Positions 37,638-49,920 of a stretch of 64,000 bases of DNA are shown here, in pieces. Location of the stretch: contig NC_087261.1 in assembly GCF_037042905.1 (NCBI RefSeq), positions 8,246,001 through 8,310,000 of the forward strand, read 5' to 3'. Origin of the DNA: Lytechinus pictus. Taxonomy: Eukaryota. The notes under the pieces are model-generated. The model ran no database searches. It was not told the origin of the DNA and was given only the letters and a program-made list of their open reading frames with translations. The position numbers and the translations under genes are program-made. The first letter of the stretch is position 1. Each line of letters opens with the position of its first letter.

Positions 37638-38262
37638 GTAGGTTTGTTGTAACTCTGTTATTAAGTTTGGTACATTGTTAGAATCATATCAAGCAGTCAC
37701 TCTGTCAAGTCTTGAAGAATTCTCGAAGAAGACCTTTGGTGAGAGTACTAAAGTTGAACCCGCTGGAGGAGCAGGTAGGTTTGTCTTTTGAAATCTGTTG
37801 GATTTGTCTTCTGATCTCTGTTAACTTTGGTACATTGTTAGAATCTGCAGTATAAGGAGTCACTCTGGCAAGGAGTCTCGAATAAGACTTTTGGTGAGAG
37901 TATTTAGGTCAATCCAGCTGGAGGGGCAGGTAGGTTTGTCTTTTATAACTCTGTTAACTTTGGAACATTGATAGAATCTGTAGTATAAGGAGTCACTCTG
38001 GCAAGGAGTCTCGAAGAAGACTTTTGGTGAGAGTATTTAGGTCAATCCAGCTGGAGGGGCAGGTAGGTTTGACTTAACTCTGTTAAGTTTGGTACATTGT
38101 TAGAATAGTTGTAATAAGGATCTCTGGCAAGGTTGAAAAAGTCTTGAAGAAGACTTCTGATGAGAGTACTAACGTTAAACCAGCTCTTAACTTACTGTTA
38201 ACTTTGGTACATTGTTAGAATAGTTGTATCAAAGAGTCAGTCTGGCAAGGTTGACAAAGTCA
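37545..38262 (+). repeat. Tandem array of the BPNT2 exon 4 3' half plus donor plus intron start (about 5.5 units including the real exon)
   Basis: agtcactctggcaagg...gaagaagacctttggtgagagta...gctggaggagcag|gtaggtttg...ttggtacattgttagaat repeated; donors at 37638, 37775, 37930, 38063. Confidence 0.93.
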
Positions 38263-38607
38263 TGGTTTCAAAATGAATTCAGTAATGGAAGATTTATTTG
38301 ACATCTGCTTTCACATACCAAGAAATTATGTGATAGTGGCCCTCTAATGTCTTTTAACTATCATCGCTTACTCTAGTTTTCAAAGGGATGTCACTTCTGG
38401 AAAATGAATCGGACATTGACATCCATATGTAACTCATTACAAAATGCTCTGATTGGACCCCATCCATTTGTATATTTCAAAATCACTTTTGCTGCACAAA
38501 GGTTCAAATATGAAGTGACTACTAAAAAAAATTAATCGGACATGTACCATCATTATACCAAGTAAAAATGACCCTTCTCCAATTTCCCTAATCATTGCTT
38601 ACTCCAG

Positions 38608-38882
38608 GCTTCAAAGTGATGTCCCTCCTTGAAGATGAATCTGACATCTACATCCATGTGACACTCATCAAGAAATGGGATATCTGTGCAGGCAATGCCA
38701 TCCTAACGGAGATGAAATCTAAGATGACCACATTGAAAGGAGATACGATAAAATATGACAGGACAGATGACGTCAAGAACCCCGACGGCCTCCTAGCCAC
38801 AGTCTGGGACCACAACGTCTTTTTCGCAAAGCTTCAACCGGTTTATGAAGATCTAAAGGCAGAACAGAAACCAAAGCAATAA
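38608..38882 (+). CDS. BPNT2: BPNT2 exon 5 (stop)
   Basis: GFKVMSLL...DIYIHVTLIKKWDICAGNAIL, the family WD motif; TAA ends at 38882. Confidence 0.96.
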
Positions 38883-39086
38883 CGTTTGCATATAGACCCA
38901 TCTAGTAAAAGTCATATTTTTGTGTCTGAATTGAAATTTATTGTGCTGACTGTGAGATCGATGCAATGTTATGTGACAGCGAGAAGCTTGAAGCACTACA
39001 CTCCCAACATCATAACTTCAAGTTGATATAAATGAATAGGGAAATTTTTAGCATTGACAATTTGAGCTAAACCTGATGTAAAGTAT

Positions 39087-39372
39087 GGGGGCATCGTGGT
39101 CTAGTGGTTAAGACTCTCATCTTTCAATCTGAGGGTCTTGGGTTCGATTCCCAGCCATGGCATGTTTTCCTCCAGCAAGAAATTTAACCACATTTTGCTG
39201 CACTCAACCCAGGTGGGGTAAATGGGTACCGGCAGAAAGTAATTCCTCAAAAAGCTGTGAGCACTGGAATCGGTAGACTAGCTTAGCCTGGGTAATATAG
39301 GAGTGCCTTGAGCACCTAGCATGGTGGATACGTGCGCTATACAAATCCTATATTCTTATTATTTGTATTATT
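39087..39372 (+). mobile_element. tRNA-derived CORE-type SINE, full length, downstream of the BPNT2 stop
   Basis: A box TGGTCTAGTGG, B box GGTTCGATTCC, core cactcaacccaggtg...aaatgggtacc, (ATT)n tail. Confidence 0.85.
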
Positions 39373-40559
39373 AAGCCTTTTTAATATTTTATTTTCTATT
39401 TTATTTAGTTTCACACATTAAAGATAGAAAAAGTGAGGAGTGTGTGGCTTCTTCTTCAGCTTCTTTACATCAGATTTGTTTGAAATGTTGCCTTTTGCTG
39501 ATTTTATTTCCTCTAATTATTTATATCAACTTATTGTTGGGGTGAATTTTCAAACAACTTGTTTTAGCGCAGGTCCCTGTGGTAACGATATAGCCACATG
39601 AATATATGTTCTTCAGTCCATTAAACCACTGAACATGATTTTAAAAATTAGACTTACAAATGTATAATCAAGTATGGTGGTGCTGCCATCATTGTTCAGT
39701 ACTCTGATACAATAAAACTTGTTATTATTGCCTAGTTAAGTGTTTCTGTTACAAGCCATGGAATCGGTATTTATTTGCTGAGAGCATACTGTCATGATTG
39801 TTGATAACAAGCTTTATACATTATGACTCATTGGTTTTCAGGCTATGAATACATTCTCCTATTTACCTATTCAAAATGTGAGACTGCATTGATTCATGGG
39901 GACTGCTTCATAAAATTGTGAGTCTGTTCAACATTGTGCAACAGACTGTTTTATGAAACTCCACTTTGTCAAAAGTTATACACTGCATTTGCTAACATCA
40001 AAGTGTACAGAGATTGATGTTATGGTTCACAAATATATATTTATTCATGAAAAAGAAAATATTTTAGAGGGGGCAACAACTTATGGTCTTTTATGAAGTA
40101 GTTACATGTAGGAAATCATGTTGGCTATTATTTGTGTACTTTGTAATCTACCTGGTAGTCCTTCTTAAAGTCATTTACACAGAGCTTTTAGAAGCAGGAT
40201 CTATTGCTACATGTAGGATGATAAAATCTTATACCAGTATTACCAATTTTCCTTTTTTTTTGCCATAATCATCTTTTTCAATTATCTAGAGGAGCATGCA
40301 TAGGACCTGCATAGCTATTCGATATGCAATACTGAAAAATTGCATATCAAATTATAAAGTTGGAAGTTGCTAGATGCTGTAGAAGTTGGTCATTTATGGA
40401 AACGTGATTTTATCATCCAACTTGCAATAATCTTGTGTTATTGAATCATTGGAATCCTCTTTTTTTATATGTAATGCTAATTGTTCAAAACTTTTTTTAA
40501 TGATAAAAAAGGTGCAGTTGAATGGCGTATGTTTTTTCTTATTATAATATCTTTATCAG

Positions 40560-40762
40560 GTGACATTTGCTCCACCGACAATTGCTCTGGGCTCAGATAT
40601 AGGGTTAGGTTCTCAGTACGGTTTTACATTAAGTTTACCATTCGGTCTGGCGTTGGATTAAGTTTAGGGTATAGTGTTAAATTAGGAGTTGAAGTTAGTA
40701 ATTCCATTAGTGGGTGGAATTTCCAGCGAGCAATTGTCGCCGGATCAAATGTCATGCAACCC
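40560..40762. repeat. Inverted-repeat element with gggttagg-like interior
   Basis: tgacatttgctcc.ccgacaattgctc pairs with gagcaattgtcg.cggatcaaatgtca. Confidence 0.7.
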
Positions 40763-41382
40763 AATAATGTCAGGCCATAGTGCATAAACAAAGCAGCTGG
40801 GGAAAAGGGGCATTGTATGAGTGATTGAAAGAGGCCAACCATAGACCTATGGGGTCTCTTCATTATCGGAAAATTTAGTGTAGAATATATTATATGGTAG
40901 CTGGGTTTTTGTATTCATAAGAAGATATTTGAATTTAAAATGAAGTATTTTTCCCATTACTATTGGTGTTTTTGGTAAGGTGTTTATATTTAATAACGGT
41001 ATAGAACTGAGGGATTTGTTTCCTTGGTTACCAATACAAACTTTGAATCTATAGCCAGTTTATTAAAAGCAAAGATATATAAACTATATTGTGGAGCGTT
41101 ATATGGCCCAGTGGACTAGTCTACTGACTTCGAAACAGAGGGTCGTGGGTTTGAATCCCATCCCAGTGGACGCTCTATCAATTAAAGCCAACACACATGG
41201 TCCCAACAACAAGTGTTTTCATCCAGGACTTTACTAAAACATGCCCGGACACAGCAGGTTATAGACAGAATCTCATGCAGAAATTCCTCCACTGTAAAGC
41301 TTAGCATGGCTAAATAACAAGCATGAAGCGAGGTAGATTGTTATCAGGCTCCAGGCATGCATGGAACCAATGTTAGAATTAT

Positions 41383-41670
41383 TTAATAATAATATGGGAT
41401 ATTTTTATAGTGCATGTATCCTTGATAGGAGCTCAAGGTACCCCTTTATTATCCCGGCTAAGCTTGGCTACCGGTTCCAGTGCTTGCACCTTTTTTTTTT
41501 AAAGGAAATACTTCCTGCTGTTAATCATTTACCTCACCAGGGTCGAGTACAACACATTTTGGGTAGATTTCTTGCTGAAGGAAAACACGCCATGGCTGAG
41601 ATACAAACCCATGGCTTAGATACAAACCCATGACCTGTCTGGAGAACAATCCACTGGGCCACAATGCTTC
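41383..41670 (-). mobile_element. CORE-type tRNA SINE, degenerate
   Basis: Same core and head in reverse; a head-only copy at 41092-41165 on the plus strand. Confidence 0.72.
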
Positions 41671-43547
41671 ACAATGCTATTTACTGGTTAGCAGTTCAAA
41701 TTAAATTATCATTTGATTAGCTTCATTCTACAGTACTGCCGCAAAAATAAACCATGGAATATGATATAGGCTAAAAGATAATAAACACCAATATGTAAAG
41801 GACACTATTCAAGAATATCCTTTTCCTTGATTTGCTTGTAAAAACTCTTTTTCAAAAACTCTTTTTTTCCTTGGCGATTCTTCATTGCATATCATGATTA
41901 TAAAAAGATAGAAAAAAGTCAAAATTTATGTATGAAGTACATGTATATGTACAGGTTCTAAAAAAAAAAAAGCTCTATTCATTAGAGTTAGATTTGCTGA
42001 AATGTGCCTTTATGATTGAAAGTATTTTCATGTGAAAAACAACATTATATTGTAGAATAGAAGATATTGAATTCTTACATGCTTATGTAGATCTGTGTAA
42101 TACCTTGGTATATCTTGTACAAGTGTTGTTTTTTTATATACTTCTTGAGTATTAAAGGACTGTAAAAATTATGTACTTTTAGTTCTAATTAGTAACCATT
42201 CAAGGCAATTTTTGCTCATAAGGGATAAGTATACTCTTTTTTTTCCTCCCCATTTTTTCAGGGGGGGTGTTAGGATTGTGTTCCAATTTCTTGAATTAAA
42301 CTTAACGTGTGTAAATAGTTGGTTGGCTAGATGGCCTTATAAGGTCAATTTTGGAAGGACATTTACAGATAAAATTTCCTTTTGAGCCGTCATCTGTGCA
42401 GATTTTTCTCCTTTATAGGGTCGCTATTAGTCATATTATGATGTCACTTCCTCAGTCGAGACCTTTATGTTTTTTCTATGTCTGTATATATATCTGGTCA
42501 AGCAGAATAACCTCCTGTCACCTGAGGGCAGAGAGAGTTTGTTTAAATGCAACTAAATTTATTAAGCACAAGTCCAAAGTATGCACACCTCTGATTGGTT
42601 GTAAATCAAGGTGTGTTTGATATTTGGAATTGTGTTTGATTGTAGCTCTTTGTGCAACAGGTCCTAGGAGAGTGTTTCATGTACTAGTGTAATAGTATTG
42701 TGACGTGTTCAGTCGCAACTGTCTTTTTGTAATCGCTTAAAAGTGATTGGTTGAAATTCTTGTATTTACTGAGTGCAAGTTTGTCAGTGAAAAATCACTT
42801 ACAATTTTTATGAAATGTCCCTGTGATATATATCCTGTAACATTGTCTCTTTGGGGATGTTGCAACTTGCAATAGAATATTTGCAATCAACTGCAAATAT
42901 TCTGTTGCAATTAATTGATCAATTTTAACTGTAACAAAACAGGTCAAACTCCTTGTTTCAACAAGCAGATTTATTAGCAATTCATTTTTAAATTTGATTG
43001 CAAGATTATGATTATTAATTTAGGGACTGAAAATACATTTGCTTTTGATTACAAGTTTCTTGCACCACCCTATTAGTGTTCACATGTACATACATGTATA
43101 AAGTTAAATGTACATTGAATGATGATATAGTCAGAATATACAATGAAACAGACTCCATCTATATTGATGATGATGATCGACAATCTTTTGTGGGAATATT
43201 ATAGTTGCCAAGGTTCATCTCTTTAGATCAAGAAATATGTCAATATATGTGTGTGTATATATATCAACATGGTTTTATTCTTACCTTGCTTTAAAGTAGC
43301 TGAAGTAGATATATTTTGTGAGAATATGAATGGTGTCGACTGTGTATCAAATTATCAGCTGCCATAGCTTCAAAGGTATATTATGTTAAAGTATACCTTG
43401 ACATTTGTTTAAGAATATATGAAATGTGAAGGAAATAATGATATTTTCCATTATTTGTATATGTTGCTCATATTGTATTACTTTTTAAGATGTTGAGAAC
43501 TGATTAAGAGACTGAATTCTGCAATAAACTCCCATTGTGACTGGTCC

Positions 43548-43660
43548 CAGTGGCGGACTGTAACCCTGAGGAGACAATGATTGGAGGGGCACTGTATTGT
43601 TTGTGAACAATGCTGTACCCCTCCAATGCTTTGTCTCCTCCGGGTCACAGTCCGCCACTG
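43548..43660. mobile_element. 113-bp fold-back hAT MITE
   Basis: CAGTGGCGGACTGT...ACAGTCCGCCACTG, nearly fully palindromic; 8-bp TSD ACTGGTCC/ACTGGCCC. Confidence 0.88.
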
Positions 43661-46056
43661 ACTGGCCCTGATTCACAGAACTTAATATCAATGGCATGTT
43701 GCAAGCCATTGTTATAAGCTACTGAAGTAGTGCCGTTTGATTGGCTGAGAAGTTTATATGTCCAGAATTCTGATATCTATCTTCAATCACAAATTACTGC
43801 AACAGGGACCAAATGCAGCAAAACCATGCACTTTTCTACAGAACTAAAAAAATGAAATTTTAGATTTCACATTTAAAGACTGAACACTTCTCAGAGATTT
43901 ATACATTTATATATGGTTAATGTTTGGGTATATTCAAAACTATTGGTAGATCTTGCTCATGGAAGTCTTCAACTCTATGTGCACCTGAAAAATAAGTTTT
44001 ACTAAATAATATTTATGATGACTAGGGCTAGGTTTTCCTTGGGATTTTTATCTCAGAATAACCTTACACACTTCTACATCATTGTTTGAATCTAAATATA
44101 TATGAAGTTCTTGAATCAAATAAAGCCTATGAAGGTTTGTGCAATTTCAACACCAGTTCATTCTTTCAATACAATATATGTGGTATGTTATTGATTTTCT
44201 TCCAGGCAATTTGATTAAACCTTGTAATGTAATTAATTTTGTAATGGATGAGCACATTCTTCATTTTTAATAGCTTTTTTCTGTGTGAATGTGTGAAAAA
44301 TCTTGGATGATGCCATGAATATGTGTTATTTATATTTTTTTGTAGATTGTTCTTTTTTTTCTGTTTTATTGGTTGTTATGCAGTATCTTTCGTATAGTTG
44401 TCATTGTTTAAAGTGGAAACCACACTAGTTGGCTTTTATAGGTGCAGAGAATTTAGGAAACCTTCAATCCATTAAAGAATTCCAAAGTTTACACATTTCA
44501 AAGTTTTGATGTTGTGATGTTTTCTACTACTATAAAGGTAGAACCACTCTCTTGTAATTTTTTTTGGTATTTTTTCAAATAATATTAATACACTGTCCCA
44601 CATATGCCTTTTTGTGTCAGTGATCATCAGAATTATCAGTTTTCAGCCAAATTTTCACAATTTTGCCAAGATGTACCAGATGTAGATGTATGATAATATT
44701 GTGGCAATTACCCTTGATTTAGAGGACTTTCTTGTGAAATAATTGTTTGCTGCAACTACTTTCTTTTATCTTTAACAGCAGGGTCGGCTTACCCTTTCAA
44801 TGTGTCTTTTGAAGTCAGGGGCCTGTAAACACAAAGCTTAGCAATCACCACAGAAAATTCTTTTACGTTTGATTTCATTAACTACAATGTACAATTAATC
44901 AAACGTATGATTAATCGCTAGCCTTCGTGTTACAGGAGCCAGGTGTTTATTTGAAGAAACAGTAATGATTTCACAAGGTGCAAGGACATGATTATTCCAA
45001 AGGCATGTGTGTTCATTTGTCAAAGCTGATATTTCAAGAATAGATTTGGATGATTTTGTGCAACAAGGTCTTTTCATTACACGTATATTTATGTAGCCAA
45101 CAGAAATGTCACTAAAGAAGAGATTTGTTTCCCCTAATTATAGTTTACCTACACGTATACAGGATATTACCATTTTTAAGGTATCCTTAAACAAGTATTT
45201 ATCTTGGATCCTGCATATATATATAGCATAGATAGGACACTAGTTTAACAAGCTCATGAAATGATATGTGACTTTATTAAATCTCTTATTTAAGTGATTA
45301 TTTCTCTGTTTTTCTGAATTAAATTGTGTGTGGTATTATGCTCAAAATGTGTGAGAGGGTTTTGTGATTTTTATTTTCTTCTTGTAAAATTTGTTATGTT
45401 TGACTGTATTTCTTAGAAATAAGTTTTTACTATCATGAATAAATTAAACATGATTTTGAAGCTAAATTCAGTTAAAAAATGGTTTTGTTTTTCATGTTTT
45501 TGAGAGGAACAAGCCGACGTATGTGCTAATGCTTAAATTCTGTGAAGTACAATCAGTAATCAAAAGTGGTTTAACCATGGTACCAATTGTTATATTTGTT
45601 ATTGTTTGTCTTCATTGAAAAATGATACTTTCATATTTGTTTTACACAAATACTTGGTATTATTCATCCATAAGATTAGAGTAGGAGTTTTAAAGTGAAT
45701 ACTTGTGGTTGTGGTCTACCTACTCTATGTACTACCTATGCACCAATTTACCTATTCACTTTTTTTGGCAATTATTGTGATAAACAAGATTCCAACAACG
45801 ATATTACAAGATCCATAATAGTTGAAGAGCTAGGACATTCAATCAAGGTGCCATAAATGTGGGCTAATTTTTTATGTATTACAGTATATGGTATAGTTTG
45901 GCAATGCAATAATAACATTGTTCTGCATTATTTACCACTTTACCTGGGTTGCACGCTATTCCAAATGACCTTCGAAATATCAAATCTGATGATTATTCAA
46001 ACCTGGATTAAATAATACTCAAGACATCAGCTTTGACATTCCAAAGGTTCATTTAT

Positions 46057-46218
46057 CCAGGGGCCTGTGGCATAAAACTTTTTACCTGAGAAAAACTCAG
46101 GTATTTTTTACCTGAGTTTTTGCCCTGTGTTAAAGTCAATGGCAGAAATCAGACTAACCTTAGTTTTCAGTTTTTACCGGAGTTTTCTCAGGTAAAAAAT
46201 GTTATGCAACAGGCTGCA
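46057..46218. mobile_element. Small MITE
   Basis: gcctgtggcataaaactttttacctgagaaaa...ttttctcaggtaaaaaatgttatgcaacaggc inverted ends. Confidence 0.7.
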
Positions 46219-47421
46219 GAGGTTCGTTTACCCAAAGGTTTTTTTTTTTGGAAAATGAAATATGATTTGTTATTTGAAAAAAGAGTTTTTGGGGAAATTT
46301 TTTATATACATTGATTATATCATATAGGGAAAGAATTTTTTTTTGTCCAGATATTATGTACAGTAATCTACGACTCCTATTTTTAAAATGAATTACTCCT
46401 ATTCTGTATGTTAACAGGTTGGTAGGCCCGTATTTGTTCAAAGATTCTTTAATCCTAATCAAATTAATCAAAGTTTTTTGTTTCCAAGTAACGAGCCTTC
46501 GGAATAGTGGGTGTATATATCAATGTAATAAGAAATATAGAAAAACAATTTTTCTTTCCAAATTCTTGTTCCCAACATTGTGCTTACCCAGTAACTTTAT
46601 TACAGTGAAAGTAGAGTGTTGCAAGTATATATCTGTTTAATCTAACCACGCAGTTTTTTTCAACAGTCTGTTACAGAAAGATTTGGTTCTATATAAGCAC
46701 TTGCAAGATAAAGGTAGTATTATAAATATTGTGATCAATAAATTTTTTATTTCTCTGCTATGAAAATGTTTGCATTCTTGTCATTATTTCAATGAAGAGT
46801 GTTTGCGTCTTGTTACACATAATTTTTGCCAAGGGAAACTTATTTCAATTCCCCAGCCACATGTTATTGTATAAAATTGCTTTGTACTTTCTGGAATTAA
46901 TGTAAGAATGAATTGATTGTACATAATTGAATTGATTGCCGATGCTTTGGGCTTAATGGGGAAAGGGCATAATAGTATCAGTAACCATGGTAATAGGGGA
47001 GCAGGGTAAATTTGTATTTTGGCACATTTTGCTTCATAAATTGTAGGCCTTGAATATGAATTTTAGCATCTAAATTATTTTAAGGTAGGCCTACATAAAA
47101 GCCATATATTACAAGGATGAGGTATTGGACAGAATTTCCAGATATTCAGTATTTATGCAAATAATTCAAGAAATACGTGAATTTGGAAGTTGGCTTAATT
47201 TTGGCGGAAATAGAAGGGGCGGGGCAGTCAATTTATGCACCTTTGATGAACCAAATGAGATGCATCCTAAACTTGGATGCAGCTCTTCGCCCGCGATACA
47301 GCTGCGCCAGCACTGGTTTGTCAAAGATCGTATAACAAAGAGATATCTAACTTGTGTTTGGAGTAGTAGCGTTTATTGTATATACAGTGATTGCTCCTGA
47401 ATATTGTATAGAGATGTCAAA

Positions 47422-47486
47422 ATGGCTGGCCGACTTATCTGTTCAGTAGTTGGAAGACTGAATGGTGTTCAAAAACTCCTTTTAAG
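47422..47486 (+). CDS. Putative first coding exon of a third gene, mitochondrial-presequence-like
   Basis: tcaaaATGG context; MAGRLICSVVGRLNGVQKLLLR is Arg/Leu-rich with no acidic residues; AG|GTGTGT donor; GC box GGGGCGGGGC at 47216-47225; no downstream coding exon identified. Confidence 0.45.
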
Positions 47487-48059
47487 GTGTGTGTATATTA
47501 CGTGACAGACAGAAAGCTTTCAAATAATACAGTAACGTTGCGAGAGTTTCGTCTCAAAACAAAGAAGATAAGCCTAATAACGGAATGAAACTTCAGAAGA
47601 AAAACCAAAATACATAGAAAGTTGATATATCACAATGAGCTAATGTGGATTAACAGTTGAAACTTCTTCAGTGAAAACTATTTACTCAATGGTTTGATTT
47701 GAGATGAGGATCAGGAATAAGGAAGCCTTATATGAAAATGCATTATAGGGCATCACAAATATGAACTTCCCAAATCAAATCGTGGAATTAGATGTGTCTC
47801 CTCCGAATGTGTATATTTCCGAAACCATCAGATATGAAAAATAATTATGAGCGAGCAAATAAAGACTAATTCACTGCGTTGTCGATCTCCCGGGGTCGAT
47901 CTGTTGACTATATAAAAGGGTTGAGCTACTGCAAGGGGGGGGGGGGGTCATCCCCTACGATTTGCAAGAAGTGACAAAAATTTGAAAAAGAAGCCGGGAG
48001 AAAAGGAAAGCAAAACTTGCAGGAAGAGGACGAAAAAGGGCCCTGAGCCTTGGAACTTG

Positions 48060-49920
48060 CAGTGGCGTAACTACGGGGGGGGGGGGGGGGCATGGGGGGG
48101 CACGTGCCCCCCCCCCCATAGGCTGGCCCCCAAAAAAAACCGAGAAAGGGAGAAAAAGAGGGAGAAAGGGAGAGAAACGTAGTGGGGAAAGAAGAAATTA
48201 TTGTTAATTTTAATGTTATATTATATTGTAATTATGTTATGTTATATTACATTTAAAAAATCATAACTTTATGAAACATAATTTGCGCAGGGCCTATGTT
48301 TTCATTGTTCCTGGTGCTCGCATTGTCTGTTTATCAAGATATGTAATCCTCTGTACTAAAACCTCCCGTTTTCAAGTCAATATACACCAAATATATTTTC
48401 TCGCACTTCGAATTATTATTGTTTAATGTAGTGACATATGCTTCTTTATCATGACTACTTAAAGCGATTGCCCCATGTTAAGGTCTTAATATAAACCATT
48501 TCCTGTCCGTGCCTACGTTCGCATTCGTGGATTGGTGAGATATGTCTGTTCTTCATGAATTCCTAAAATCAGTCCTTAAAATGTCCCTTTTTCTGATCTG
48601 AATATCAACAATTTTCAGCTTGCGCTTTGCGCTCGCATCATTTGGTTAGTGAAATCCTTCGTGAATTCCTAAAAGCAGGCCTTAGAATGCCCCTCTTTAA
48701 GTCTGAATTTCCTAAAATTTCAGCTCGCGCTTCGCGCTCGCAATATTTGATTAGTGAGATGCGCATGATAATCATGATTACAATGACTACAAAAAAGTGC
48801 TTCATGTGTTTAGATGTAATTCTAACAAAATCAGCATGCGCTTGGCACTCGCATTAGATGACTATGGTGAGATATGTGTACTCTTAATGGATTCCTTAAA
48901 AAATAGTCCTTATTATATCCCTGTTTGGGGTCAATATATACAAAAATTTCAGCTCGAGATTCGCGCTCGCATCATTTGGTTAGTGAAATACGTACGATCT
49001 TCGTGAATTCCAACAAACAAGCCTTAAAATGTCCCTCTTCAGGTCTGAATTTCCTAAATTTTCAGCTCGCGCTTCGCGCTCGCAATATTTGATTAGTGAG
49101 ATGCGCATGATAATCATGATTACAATGACTACAAAAAAAGTGCTTCATGTGTTTAGATGTAATTCTAACAAAATCAGCATGCGCTTGGCACTCGCATTAG
49201 ATGACTATGGTGAGATATGTGTACTCTTAATGGATTCCTTAAAAAATAGTCCTTATTATATCCCTGTTTGGGGTCAATATATACAAAAATTTCAGCTCGA
49301 GATTCGCGCTCGCATCATTTGGTTAGTGAAATACGTATGATCTTCGTGAATTCCAACAAACAAGCCTTAAAATGTCCCTCTTCAGGTCTGAATTTCCTAA
49401 ATTTTCAGCTCGCGCATCGCGCTCGCAATATTTGATATGTGAGATGCGTATGTTAATCATGATTACAATGACTACAAGTGCTTCATGTGTTTAGATTTAT
49501 ATTATTCTAACAAAATCAGCAAGCGCTTGGCACTCGCATTAGATGACTATGGTGAGATATGTATACTCTTAATGGATTCCTAAAATATAGTCCTTAAAAT
49601 GTCCCTGTTTGGGGTCAATATATACAAAAATTTCAGCTCGCGCTTCGCGCTCGCATTGTTTGTTTTTCGAGACAGGTATGTATTGTGATTACAAAAATTT
49701 GCTTATAATGTCCTTTTTTAGGTCTGAATTTCAAAAAAATTTAAGCTCGCGCTTTGCGCTCGCATTATGTGATCAGTGAGATACATATTCGTTTAATGTC
49801 ACTGTCAATGTCTCTATTATGTCAGTATACCTGGCAACTGAGCGCGCTTCGCGCGCTCTCTAAGTGACTCAAAATTTTTGCTGGTGCCCCCCCAATGCCG
49901 TGACCCACGGTACGCCACTG
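48060..49920 (+). mobile_element. Second, longer copy of the hAT satellite-bearing element
   Basis: Same TIRs and colinear with 1479-2669, plus two extra ~343-bp units; TSD imperfect (cttggaa on both sides but offset). Confidence 0.9.

Noticed and set aside
39087-39160. tRNA gene
   Set aside because: The tRNA-like head continues into a SINE core and tail shared by many dispersed copies; no proper acceptor stem or Pol III terminator.
38883-46745. Defined 3' UTR end for BPNT2 (and likewise for DEPTOR below 12493)
   Set aside because: Several AATAAA candidates (39711, 45438, 46737) cannot be ranked without transcript data.
48600-49860. CRISPR-like repeat-spacer array or repeated protein ORFs (48627-49340)
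   Set aside because: The spacers are homologous to each other, the context is eukaryotic, and the array lies inside hAT TIRs; the ORFs are repeat by-products.
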